Of a DNA stretch of 64,000 nt, positions 51,751 to 64,000 are shown one piece after another. Below the pieces are notes generated by a model that was given only the letters and a program-made list of their open reading frames with translations, made no database searches and was not told where the DNA came from. Position 1 is the first letter of the stretch, and each line of letters begins with the position of its first letter. Origin of the DNA: Octopus sinensis (Eukaryota); the NCBI RefSeq assembly GCF_006345805.1, contig NC_043002.1, forward strand, positions 22,692,001 to 22,756,000. Reading direction: 5' to 3'. Made by a program: the position numbers and the translations under genes.

Positions 51751-52383
51751 ACGTTGTGTATTCAGTTAATTGACCTGCCCATTGAATCCTCTTGTAAATG
51801 CACGGCATTTCACAGGCACGTATACGCTTACTATAATTGTCAGGAAAAATCAGCTGAGTGCAGTGTATAACAAATCTGCCCTCTTGAAAGGCTTCTATAC
51901 AGTTTGTATCTACCTAGTTTCAATCACAAGTTGTAGGTCGATCCACCCGAGGCAAAAAAGGCACTTGTTTATGATGCCATGCAGTAGAAAGGAACCCGAA
52001 ATCTCGTAGTTGTGAAGCAAAGTCCGTAACCATTTGGCTACAAGCGAGTAAATGTATATGTATAGTTCATTTTTACTCACACACGCACAAATAAACAGGG
52101 TATGTGTATGCTTACATACAAAATTATTTTCCTCGTGTGTGAGTGTATATATACATATAAGTGTGTGTGTGTGTGTGTGTGTGTGTGTTCGCGCTCGTGT
52201 GTGTAGGTCATTATTCAGTTTTATTTCAAGATTTCTTTCCAATAGAAAAAGGGCCGGTTTCTAACCTAGATCCAAGGCTCCTTCATGGGAATTTCCAAAA
52301 CACCAACAGGGTGTTTTTGTATGTATGTATGTATGTATGTATGTATGTATGTATGTATGTATGTATGTATGCATGTATGCATG

Positions 52384-52455
<72 letters not shown>

Positions 52456-52667
52456 ATATATACATGAATGTTTAGTGTGTTTTAGTGCATTTAAATAGTC
52501 TGAAATAATTTAATCAAACAGCGTTGGCTGAAACCTATATATTTATTCTATTGTATTTTGGGATGATCAAAACGGGCACTTTTGATTCGTCAATAATTTA
52601 CGTATCGAACACTCTTTCCAAATTATATCAGCTTAGTATGTCTTCCACGCATTTGTTATTGTTGTGT

Positions 52668-52724
<57 letters not shown>

Positions 52725-52896
52725 CGATGATGATGATGAGGAGGAGGAGGGGGATGATGATGTTGTTATTGTTGTGTTTGTCATCATTGTTTTTGTTGTT
52801 AAGATCTAAGTCAACCCATATCGAACAGACCTGTGATCAAAGGCATAGCAGCCGTGACAATCCCGTCTTTTTTTTTTTCTCTCTCATTTTTCCTAG

Positions 52897-53224
52897 TTTG
52901 TACCTGTTGGCCGCCAAGCAAATTCCGAAACCTGACGGCATGATAAAAGTTTTTGCTTCCGTTATCCTTATACCTCATTTGCCATCGTATAGCAGTGACG
53001 AATTCAAAAGCAAAACCGACACATGTGCTACAGCGCTCAGGTATTACGTACAACTGAGAATGCATGGTATAGACTTTGACGATGAAGAGCAGAATGAAGG
53101 CGGAGACAAAAAGAAAAACGATAAAAACGATAAAAACGATAAAAAAGATAAAAAAGATAAAAAAGATAAAAAAGATAAAAAAGATGGAAAACCTGGAAAT
53201 GAAGACCAGAAATGTTCCGTATAA
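52897..53224 (+). CDS. BCR/ABR-like gene, terminal coding exon (LYLLAAKQIPKPDGMIKVFASVIL...CATALRYYVQL...DKKDKK...QKCSV*)
   Basis: Long polypyrimidine acceptor ttttcctag|. The phase-2 start fits 37544. GAP helix F/G similarity (VF..xLL; QVQVLLYFLQL). Stop TAA at 53222-53224. Confidence 0.85.
53116..53187 (+). repeat. Coding 9-bp tandem repeat (GATAAAAA[A/C])n
   Basis: Encodes NDKNDKNDKKDKKDKKDKKDKKD in frame. Confidence 0.9.
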
Positions 53225-53571
53225 TCCAAAAGCCATGAGTCATCCAACGATTCAGGAAAGGCACCGGGGCGAAGTGCGTCACGTTCTCGTGAATCAATGC
53301 CACCATCTACTAAAAAAGGCAGAAAAGAAAAAAAAAAAAAGAAAAAAAGACAATGTAAGTACTGTTTGGACGGACTAAGGAAGGCAAGTTAAATCATCGA
53401 AACTGAAGTGAACAATAAGTAAATGTTTATATAATTGGAGAACAGACAGACACGTACATAGGCATGCACAGACGCATATGTATATGTATACGTATATGTA
53501 TATATATACATATATACATACAAATATATATATGTGTGTTTGTATATAAGAATATATATATATATATATAT

Positions 53572-53615
<44 letters not shown>

Positions 53616-53642
53616 TTATATATATGTAAATATATATATGTT

Positions 53643-53682
<40 letters not shown>

Positions 53683-55477
53683 TATATATATCTATATATA
53701 TATATATAATATATATGAATACATTAGTGCATGCATGGGTGAGATGTGTATAAATAAATCCACAACTAAAGCCAATAGAGGAGCTTTGATGATCCCCCCA
53801 GAACGGACAATATCCAGCGTTGTAAAGATTTAACATGGAGAATTGAAACATTCGACTGAAATGAAATTTTTTAACTTTCGAACAAACAGCACTTTCTATT
53901 GACAAGAATAACATTATTCTTAAAATACCTATTTCTTTAAAAAGAAATAAAAATCAATATATTTAGATAAGAAGTCTCTTCTTATTTATTTTTTATTGTT
54001 TGTTATATTTTTCGATTTTTCGGTGAAAATTTTCTTTCTCATCCTACTTTTATATGGTTATCTTGGTCTGCGTTATACGAGATTTACTTCTTATCGTCTT
54101 TGTCGATGTTGTTGTTCTTCTCGTAATTTTTGTTTAGATTATAAGTCAATATTGATCAAGTATAGGGTATATCTACAAGTTGGTGGTCCTGGTCACCACT
54201 TTGTTTCCGCATGACTTTCTGAACATCACATATGTTTTAATGAAATAGTGAAGAGATGCGTTTTTAGGAATGTAAATTACGTTTGTACTGATAAAAGTTG
54301 AACAAATTTTCAGCGACTTGAATCATTCGTTTCTCCCCGAATTCATTTTCTCATAACTCTCTTTTAAAATTATTATTTTTAAAATGACACGTTGGACAAA
54401 TGCGATTTCGAAGGTGGTGTAGAACACAATTATGCCAGTAAAATTTAGAAAAGAAATATATATTGAGGAAGTTTCAGATGGTTCTTTCACTAGCTTCTTT
54501 CTGGTTCCGACTATCAACATCAAATCTGTAGCTTTAGCATTTCTCCATGTGTTTTTGTCTTATGTATATCCTTGAAACAACTTTACAAATTTACACTTAC
54601 AAATTCTGCAAAATATCATTCATTTTAAAGAGAATTACGACTAAACAATTAGGAAAGTAGACAAAATTATCCGAAATTCTTCATAATTTTTTAAAAATAA
54701 GATTACAATTATAGTAATCTATCGAAAATGCATCTCAGAAAAAATCTCATGGAAGCATTTTTTAAAGGGCTTGGCAGAAACAAATGCGAGTAAAGGAGGG
54801 TTGCACCAGTCTGTAGTTACACTTATATTTATGATCAGAGACGCTCCTACGTTATCATACTAATTTTTCGGTGTATCTATCGTTATATTATCTCATACGT
54901 TCCAAGTAACATAAAGGGCGTGATTTGAGAGACTTCCTTTACAAGTCCTAGACTGTCGCATAGCGATTTCTTCGTTTATTCGTTTAGTTTTTAAGGTAGT
55001 TTCTGTATGCTCGTCTGTGTGTTAGTGTATGTGTGTGTGTACACATAAATATACTATAGACATACACTTTCAAATACATATACTTCGATACATGTATACA
55101 TATATATATATAATATGGGTGGCTAATTCGCAATTTTAAAACCTAAAGGCAAAAATATATATACGTCACTGAAGTGAACAAGGTACCAGTAATGCTAGAA
55201 ATAAGAGTCAAAACAACTCAGTAGCCAACAAAAGCATTATCTTAATGAACTGACAAGGGAGACAAACTCCCTATGGTCGCAGCCAAATCACCGATGATTT
55301 CGCGTTTACTACATCTGGAGTGATATATATATATATATATAACTTCTATATGTGTGTATATATATATATATGAAGTTAATCCAAACATGAAAACACAAAG
55401 AGAAAACACAACAGCGCGAGGACGTAGAACAAGTATAGTGATATTGGACGCTCAGGAAAGGAAAGAAAGGAGAATTT

Positions 55478-55504
55478 AACGTTTCGAGCGGAGCTCTTCG
55501 TCAG
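55478..55504 (-). ncRNA. Minimal hammerhead-like motif in a PLE-type tail
   Basis: ttt-CTGACGA-a-GAGC-tcc-GCTC-GAAACGTT-aaa. Confidence 0.6.
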
Positions 55505-55574
55505 AAACATAGAAAAAGGAATGATCCAAGGAAGGGAAGACGGAGGAAAAAATCGCCAACGATACATAAGCGGT

Positions 55575-55616
<42 letters not shown>

Positions 55617-56431
55617 CATTGACATATATAAATATGTATATATACATATGCCCGTGAGCGTTTGTACACACACACACTCATTCACACACTCACACACATA
55701 TGAATAGGTATTCCCACACAGCCAGACGTACATACACACGCCATATGCATATCGCTCTCTTGAAGGTTGGAAAACAGACATATCGATATTCAGATTATAA
55801 TGTCTAAATATAAATAGTTTGAATGAACTCTAAGTTGATCGTAGCGACATCTGGAACACCATTTTTGTTAAAGAACAGACATGGTTTGGTGTGGTGTTTT
55901 ACAGAAGTCCAATGAAAAGCTGTGGTTAAGGAATGCGATTTCAAAGCATATAGAAACCTTTTAATATTTTCACATGAAAAGTAAAGTTAATATGTATATA
56001 GAGTCAGTGTAGGTGTACTAGTGTGTGTAAGTTTACATGACTGTGCTTTTTGTTTGATACTTTCGTTATTCTTCTATCCATTTCTATATCCTGTATATAC
56101 TGATATGGTCTTATGTATGTATGTATGTATGTATGTATGTATGTATGTATGTATGTATGTATGTATGTATGTATGAATTCCTTTCAGTGGAAGAGCGTAG
56201 GCTCGAAACGTTAAAGACGCTTTCACTTCTCGAGCGTTATACTAATACATCTGATTGTTGTCTACACCACCTGTCTTCGTCTTTTGTTTTTGTTTTGTGA
56301 ATTCTACCCTATGTATGTCTGTATGTATATAAGTATGTATGTATGTATGTATGTATGTATGTATGTATGTATGTATGTATGTATGTATGTATGCATGTAT
56401 GCATGTGTGGGGGGTGTTCTGTGTGTTTGTT

Positions 56432-56944
56432 CTGGGTTGGCCAAAATGTTCGATTTTTGTGTTGATACTAAACTTTAAGCACTCTAGTAAGTAGCTAACT
56501 TCAGTTTGTCCTTTGCGCATAAGCACTCGTTAGATACTTGACACTTCAGCGTAGTTTGATGCGAACTTGCGATGACAATGCGACAATGCGAGATACACAC
56601 TTCTTTCTAGATGTGGACGAAGTTACTGATGCTTGGCTGGGAAGTTCTGCCATACCCTCCATATTTGCCCCACTTTGCGCTTCCCTAAGATTTCCACCTG
56701 TTTCGATCTCTTTAAAATTCGTTGAATGGATAGACTTTCAACATTGAAGAGGATGTAAAAGTTCAACTGGAAGAGTTTTTCACCAGTAAAGACAGAACAA
56801 TTCTTTGGGCAGCGAATGATGGATCTGTTCACAAGAACGAAAAGATAATTATCAATTTATCATTGATTGAATAAATCTCTTTGTGTATGAAACTTGTGCT
56901 TTATTTTCGCTTAAAAGACCGAACAGACATTTTGACCAACCCAG
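56432..56944. mobile_element. mariner-derived deletion element/MITE
   Basis: TIRs ctgggttggccaaaatgttcg / cgaacagacattttgaccaacccag-TA, with internal transposase-like remnants. Confidence 0.7.
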
Positions 56945-57025
<81 letters not shown>

Positions 57026-57633
57026 GTCTCTCTCTCTATATATATATACGCGCACTCAAACACACACACACAAATACTCACACACGCACGCATACACACA
57101 CACTCACACATACATACATATGTGTACGGGAAAGCAGGAATAAAAGTCTTGATAGGTGTTCATCTGCTGTTTCCTGCTATTGATCAGTTGCGTATTCCCC
57201 TCCTTCCAAACCGCCTTTCCTCGGATACCATTTTGCTTTTGCCTTCATGCAAAATTGAAATATATCCGAGAGCAAGAAGCTAATTCAGACAATCAGTTAT
57301 TTGTCTATTCCTCACCAACACCACATCCATCACGGAATCAAACCTTCGCGCCTTCTGGTTGCTTTACCAGCATTATAAACTAAAGTCATCTGTTGTTATA
57401 AATACTTAATGTGCAACGCCAAATATATCAGCCAAAACAGCTTCAATTTAGCCGATCTATTTAAAGGGGCATCTATACAACATCTGACTTGGAAAACCAA
57501 ACATCGGTCTCTCATCACTTCTGCTCCTCGAACCATTCGATATAACAGCTGTCTATTTTGACTTTGGTCTTACCAGAATCTTTAGTGCGAAATTTATATA
57601 CATACATACCTACGTACATGCATATGATATGTA

Positions 57634-57679
<46 letters not shown>

Positions 57680-57728
57680 GAGTGTATGTATCTATCATCC
57701 ACATGTCTTATGCATACATATATACATA

Positions 57729-57759
<31 letters not shown>

Positions 57760-57817
57760 ACATACGCACACATACACACACACACATATGTATATAATAG
57801 AGAGAGAGAAATAGAAA

Positions 57818-57889
<72 letters not shown>

Positions 57890-58064
57890 AAGTTAGGCTG
57901 AACGACATTCGATTTGGGTTTACTCCGGAGTCTCGTGCTTCATACTCATTTCAAACCGAATATTTCGAGGATTTGAGAAATCATATGGATTCACAGACTT
58001 CTGTAGGCGTACGCGTACGCACGCACACATGCACACACACATACACGTACATTAGCACACTCAC

Positions 58065-58108
<44 letters not shown>

Positions 58109-58217
58109 CACACACACACACAAACACACACACACATAAGCTTTATGCTTATTAGATATTACTATCAATTATTTACAGAATTGTAAAAATCGACTTTGCT
58201 TACCAAAATACCTTCGC

Positions 58218-58281
<64 letters not shown>

Positions 58282-58327
58282 TAGAAGAAATAAGGTTCTC
58301 AGAAATCTGGATGGTTTTATATTTACA

Positions 58328-59600
58328 GATTTTTATTAATATGTCACATGTGTTTATAAATCATACATGAGCGCTTGCATCTACTCTAGTAGACTCTTCA
58401 GATTTGAATGTGTTTGAGATGTTTCCTCTCTTTTTATAGTATTATTGACTGTGTAGGGGTGGGGAGAGATATGAGACAGTAAAAGAGGGTTTGGAATGGG
58501 GAGAAAATGAGAGAGAGTGTGTGTGTTTGTGTGTGTGTCTGTGTATGTGTTTGTGTATGTGTGTATGTGTGTGTCTGTGTATGTGGAAGGAGTGTCAATG
58601 GAAAAGAGAAGGAAAGAAAGAAGGAAGAGAGAAAGAAGAAAAAATTTGTTTACATCTTTACAGCTGGTTAGTTCTTTCAATAGAAAGTGATAAGTTGATT
58701 CTTGGCCTTTAAAAATGCCAAAACCCGGTGACTAATCTTGAGGGGGGTCTTGATAAAAGTTATTTTTCAAAAACTTGTCTGGATTTATTATCATTGTCAT
58801 CATCATTGTCCAGTGAGGGAGAGTGTGTGTGTGTGTGTATGTGTGCGTGTATGTGTGTGTGTGTGTGTGTGTGTATCTGAAAGTAGTGTCAATGGAAAAG
58901 AGAAGAGAAGAAAGAAGGAAGAGAGGAAGAAGAAAATATGTGTTTACATCTTTACAGCTGGTCAGTTCTTTCAATAGAAAGTGATGAGTTGATTCTTAGC
59001 CTTTAAAAATAGAAAAACCAGGTGGGTACTCTAAGGAGTAGAAGAAAAACTGTGTTTACATCTATACAGCTGCTCAGTTCTTTCAATAGAAGATGACAAG
59101 TTGGTTAACAAAAGTTATTAACCAGCTTGTCATCTTCTATTGAAAGAACTGAACAGCTGTATAGATGCAAACAAAACGTTTCCTTCTACCAAGACCCGCC
59201 TCAGAGTAGCCACCTGGTTTTGCCATTTTTAAAGGCTAAGAATCAACTCATCACCTTCTATTGAAAGAACTGACCATCTGTAAAGATGTAAAGGTATTTT
59301 TCTCTTTTCCATTGACACTCCTTTCAGATACACACACACACACTCAACTCCCCCACCACCACCACAAATACATACACATACCACATGCACACACACGCAT
59401 ACAAAACACACACACTCTCTCTCACTTTCTCCCCATTCTAAACCCTCTTCTACTGTCCTATATCTCTCCCCACCCCTACACACTCAATAATACTATAAAA
59501 AGAGAGGAACATCTCAAACACATTCAAATCTGAAGAGTCTACTAGAGTAGATGAAAGCGCTTATATATGATTTATAAAAACATGTGACATATTAATAAAA
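58328..59600. repeat. 1.3-kb nested palindrome with hammerhead-bearing outer arms and a central hairpin
   Basis: 58328-58720 is inverted at 59220-59600. Central hairpin at 59055-59170. An internal subunit (tttacatctttacagctgg...caatagaa) is repeated three times. Confidence 0.9.
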
Positions 59601-59809
59601 TATTAACATATTAAAGCATACAGAGTACATTATTTTACTAATATACAATACCTGTACATCACCTCCAAACCTTCTAATATATATATATATATATATGTAT
59701 ATACATACATACATCACACACACCACACACAACACATATATATATATATTATATATATATATATATATATATCTTATAGATATATATTCTATATATATAT
59801 ATATTATAT

Positions 59810-59862
<53 letters not shown>

Positions 59863-60087
59863 TATATCTAGTAAACCGTATGTTTGAATATAATATATTA
59901 GTGTGTATATGTATGCATGCATGCACATACGCACACGAATATGCAGAAAGAAGACTCTACAGGATAGGAACCACATTTAAAATAATTATTGGGCTCATTT
60001 GACCAACTGAAGCTTCAAAGTGGTGATCCAGCAGGGCTGCAATCCTATGACTGAAACCAGTAATAGAAGACTATATATATATATATA

Positions 60088-63000
60088 TATTAATAAAAAG
60101 AATTCCAACCTTGTCTGATTTTCACGTTTTATTTACAATCTTATAATGATATATTATAAGATAATATATATAATTGAATAAAATAAAATGAAATAGTAGA
60201 ATGTTAAATATTCATTCTGATTGAACTAGTACTTTCATGCATTGAATTCTGCAATCTTCGGGTTCATGTAGTAGTGTTGACAGTCATGCTTCACAATTTT
60301 TGACTGTAGCAAGATGATTGATTCTGTGCTATAAATACAGCTGGGTAGGCTCCAGAGTGCTAGGTTTTTGCAAACTGTATTCTGACCAATCAGTGTGTAG
60401 TATCACTCAATTACTTAAGCTGATTGGTTGGTTGAGCTGATTGGTTTAGGCATCACGCTTTGTTGGACATGTCAAGAGTCCTGTATCTTGACCCTGGCCG
60501 AAGCAGCAATTGTTGGGTTATTTTTAGAAATGTTGTAAATATCCTTTGTCAGAGATTTTTATATTTTATATTTCAATTGTCATCATCATCATTGTCAGCA
60601 CCTTAATTATTGTTGCTAGTGGTGATGGTTATGGCAATAGAACTTTTAACCCTAAATAAGATAATTTTCCTGCTATCTTCGTCTTGATCACCTTTAGTAT
60701 TGTTGTTGTTGTTAGTGGTCATGGTCGTAGCAGTGGAAGTAATACCTCTAAGTATTATTATTATTATTGCTTATTTAGCTTGGGTTCGAATTTATCAATA
60801 AAATTCTTTTCTCTGATTTTCCTCTCGATTTCACTTGGGCTGTGTAATTTGTAGAATGGAAATATTATATATATTTTCCGACCACATGTTGCTAGGTGGT
60901 TACTCAAAGGTATCTGACGGACCTCTGGGTCTCTAATCTGTTGCCGGTGTACACGTGAGCGTTCTAATAGTGCGTTTCCCGTCTGACCTACATATATTTC
61001 TTCACAATTTGGGCATTTGATGCAGTAAATTAAATTTCTGCTTTTGCAGTTCATATTCGCGTTTGTGAATATTTTCCCGGTTTTTGTGTTTATATTGACC
61101 GGTATGTATGAATTGGCATGTGCCACATCGGCTATCATTGCATTTAGATACCGTGAATGTTTGGTCTTTGTTGCTGAGGTCAAATTTTGCCTTTGTTAGT
61201 AATGTTTTCAAGTTTTTAGGCTGTCTTTTACTAAGCACCATAGCTCGATCCGTGATTATGTCTTTTAATTCATTACTTTGGGCAATGATTGGTAGGTTTG
61301 CTTTGGCAATGTTGAAGATATTCTGGTGACATGGGTTGTGTGTCACTATGAATGGTATGACTTGTTCTTGTTTTCCTCTTCCTTGGGTTGTCCTAAGTTG
61401 TTGTATAGGTATTTTTATAGCCCGCTGTATGCCATTTTCTATAAGTAGAGATGGGTATTTTTGTTTGAGCAAAAATTCTCTTAGTTCTATTAGGCGTTTG
61501 TTCCTGATATTTGCATCTTCTACAATAGTACAAATTCTTCTGGCTAGGCAGTATGGGATGTTACGTTTTGTATGTGGTGGATGGCACGACTTAAAATTTA
61601 GGTATTGATGTGTGTCTGTGTGTTTATAGTATATATCTGTGGTGATGGTGTCTTTTTTAATTACCATTATATCCAGGAATGGTAATTTGGTACTACTCAT
61701 CTCCTTTGTAAATTGGAGAGATGGGTGTAGGTTGTTCAGGAGGATATTGAACTCTTCCAGAGTATTTAGAGATTCTGTCCAGATTATGAAACAGTCGTCT
61801 AGGTATCTCTTCCATGCCTTTTCAATATACTTTCTAAACCCAGTGCCATAGTTTACCTCCACCTCTTGGTAGAGTTGTTCTTCTAAGTATCCCATTACAG
61901 AGTTGGCGTAAACGGGAGCAAACCTCGTTCCCATCGCCGTGCCTCTAATTTGGATGTAATTCTTTCCATTGAAGAAGAATGTGTTATTTTCTAGAATAAG
62001 CTTGACTGTGTCTAATATAAATGGCACTGTGAATCTGCTGGGAATCACTTCTCTATGTTTTTCTAACCAGTATTTAATCGCCTTTATTCCTAAATCGTGT
62101 GGAATATTGGTGTAGAGGCTTACCACATCAAAACTTAGTAAAACTGAATTTGTTTCTGTTGTTTTGGGAAGATGGGACAGGAAGTCGATGTCATCCCTGA
62201 TGAAACTTGGTATGTAAGTACATAGTGGTTTCAAAACAATGTCAATAAAATTGCTTAGACGGTGTGTAGGGCATGCTGGACCAGCTATAATAGGTCTAAG
62301 TTTTAGGTCTTTTGGATGTAATAATTTTATGTACTCACTTTCTTGTTCTTTTACTGCCTGTTGAATGTTTTTGATTTGTGTATTTTTGGTAAGCCGTAGA
62401 AGTTGCTGGGTTTTGGTTCAAAATTGGTGATGTAGTCTTTTTCATTATCCGTAAGTGAGTTGTGGTGTGTTGAAATCAGGTTGTTGATCTTTTTCATGAT
62501 GTGGTGGTCTATATTTGCGGGTATTTCACAATAGAAGGTTGTATCCTTCAGTTGGTCTTCAACCAAATCCTTATAGTATTCGGTATCCATAATAACAATT
62601 GCACCACCTTTATCTGCTTGTTTAATTATTATTGTTTGATCGTTTTGTATACGTTTACATGCAGACATCTCTGATTTGCTAATGTTTGGCCTAACATTGG
62701 TATTGCGTCTAAGGGGAAATTTAGACAGGATATCAATGTATTGGTCAAGGTAGTTATTTCTTCCTTTTGGTGGGGTGAAATTTGATTTATTCCTTACTAG
62801 GGATTCATCAATCTCATTACTTTTGTTAGCGAAGAATTCTACAAGTCGTAATTTTCGACAGAATTTTTGGATATCCTCCTTTAATTCTTGGTGGTTGGCT
62901 GTTGGTGTAGGTGTGAATTTCAGTCCTTTTGACAGAAGTTGGATTTCATCATTGTCAAAATCTCTTTTTGATAAATTAATTATTTTAGGATCTATACGTT

Positions 63001-64000
63001 CAGTTGTTTGGGGTATGTTTCCTCTTGGATTTTTTCTTTCTCCGGTGTTTGTTGTCCTGACGTAAAAAAATGGATTTTTTCTGGTTATGATTTATATTCC
63101 TGTTGATGTTTGCTTGATGAATTTTGCGTTTTGGTTGTGGTACTTTACTTGGTTTCGTTATGTTTTCTGTCTTGTTTTTGGTATTATGTATGCTACTTTT
63201 CAATTTCTTGTTAGCATTGTTTTTAACCACCTGGAGAAATGATCTGGGTTTACTTCTAGATCTAGATCGGTTTTTTGTCCAGTTTCTTGTGGGTAATCTC
63301 TGTTGAGGTCTTGAAAATGATGTTATTTTCTACTGCTAATGGTCTGTTCAAAACAATATCTATTGTTTGTGCTTTTTGTTCATGTTGTGTGCATTGGGGT
63401 GTTTGCATACAAAATGGGAAGAGTTCTTACCGTAGTTCGTCTTCGATTCGTGGTGAAACAGGTGTTCATGTTGCCACGTGTTCTGGTGTATGTTGCGTTG
63501 GTGAGGTTGTCCACTTTTAATGCTATTTCTCGGAGCTCTGTTGTCTTTACCGTAGTTTGTAGCATATTTGTCGAGAAATAATTGTTTCCGCTGCCAAAAC
63601 TTTCTTGATCTGCTTTCTTCTTTTGAGATATCTCTGATCCATAGTTCTCGCATTTTTTCTGCTATATTGCCGGTCGTTAGTTTGGATATTTCATCTCTGA
63701 TTTGATCATCGATAGCTTCGTATTTGGCTTTGTAGCGGGATTGTTTAGACAGGGTAATGGAGATGTCGGTCCTGAATTTTATCAAACTAAGGTCCCATCG
63801 AAGTTTAGTTTCTTCCTCTGTTTCTCCTGCAATTTCTTTAATTAGGTACTTCCGAGGAAGTATGGGTGCCGCTAAAGATATCCATTCGAATGTTTCAGCA
63901 TATTTTTCGCATTTATATGCCTTCCAGAAGTTTTGTTTTCTTATGTTAAGGAGTTTTTTCCATGTCTTCTGTATCTCTTCTCTTTTTCGGTGTGCCTCTT
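60088..64000 (-). mobile_element. Penelope-like element copy 2, near full length (continues past the window end)
   Basis: Long N-terminal region, LSKGLKFTPTP, IKQADKGGAIVIMD, RT (SFDVVSLYTNI, GTAMG, RYLDDCF) and GIY-YIG with CxxC. Frameshifts near 61090, 62340 and 63050. Confidence 0.95.
60222..60266 (-). ncRNA. Minimal type-I hammerhead-like motif in the PLE 3' region (copy 2)
   Basis: tgaac-CCGAAGA-t-TGCA-gaattcaa-TGCA-t-GAAA-GTAC-TA-gttca. Confidence 0.6.

Noticed and set aside
52811-53378. Overlapping ORFs in other frames around the last exon
   Set aside because: They are by-products of the 9-bp repeat and poly-A-rich sequence; only the frame continuing the GAP domain is supported.

Overview
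AT-rich, microsatellite-dense animal genomic DNA. The SINE, Penelope and mariner content suggests a coleoid cephalopod, most likely Octopus (inference). One multi-exon gene runs on the + strand from before the window start to a stop at 53224. About 14 exons encode the end of a DH (RhoGEF) domain, a PH domain, a C2 domain and a RhoGAP domain, which is the BCR/ABR architecture. The protein is very divergent, has lost several RhoGAP signature residues, and ends in a 9-bp-repeat-encoded DKK tail. Introns and the downstream region hold tRNA-derived SINEs, at least four Penelope-like element (PLE) families, Tc1/mariner relics (DD36E, DD37D, DD34D), an RTE fragment, an R4/Dong-like LINE inside (TAA)n, Helitron-type ends and MITEs. 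The main unexplained signal is a set of about 10 minimal type-I hammerhead-ribozyme-like motifs with palindromic stem III, spread over several unrelated repeat families. One sits inside a tRNA-headed SINE. Several sit in long fold-back palindromes that resemble the snap-back 5' junction visible on one PLE copy. All alignments were made by eye against remembered human BCR and transposase motifs; no searches or folding programs were run. Repeat boundaries are approximate.
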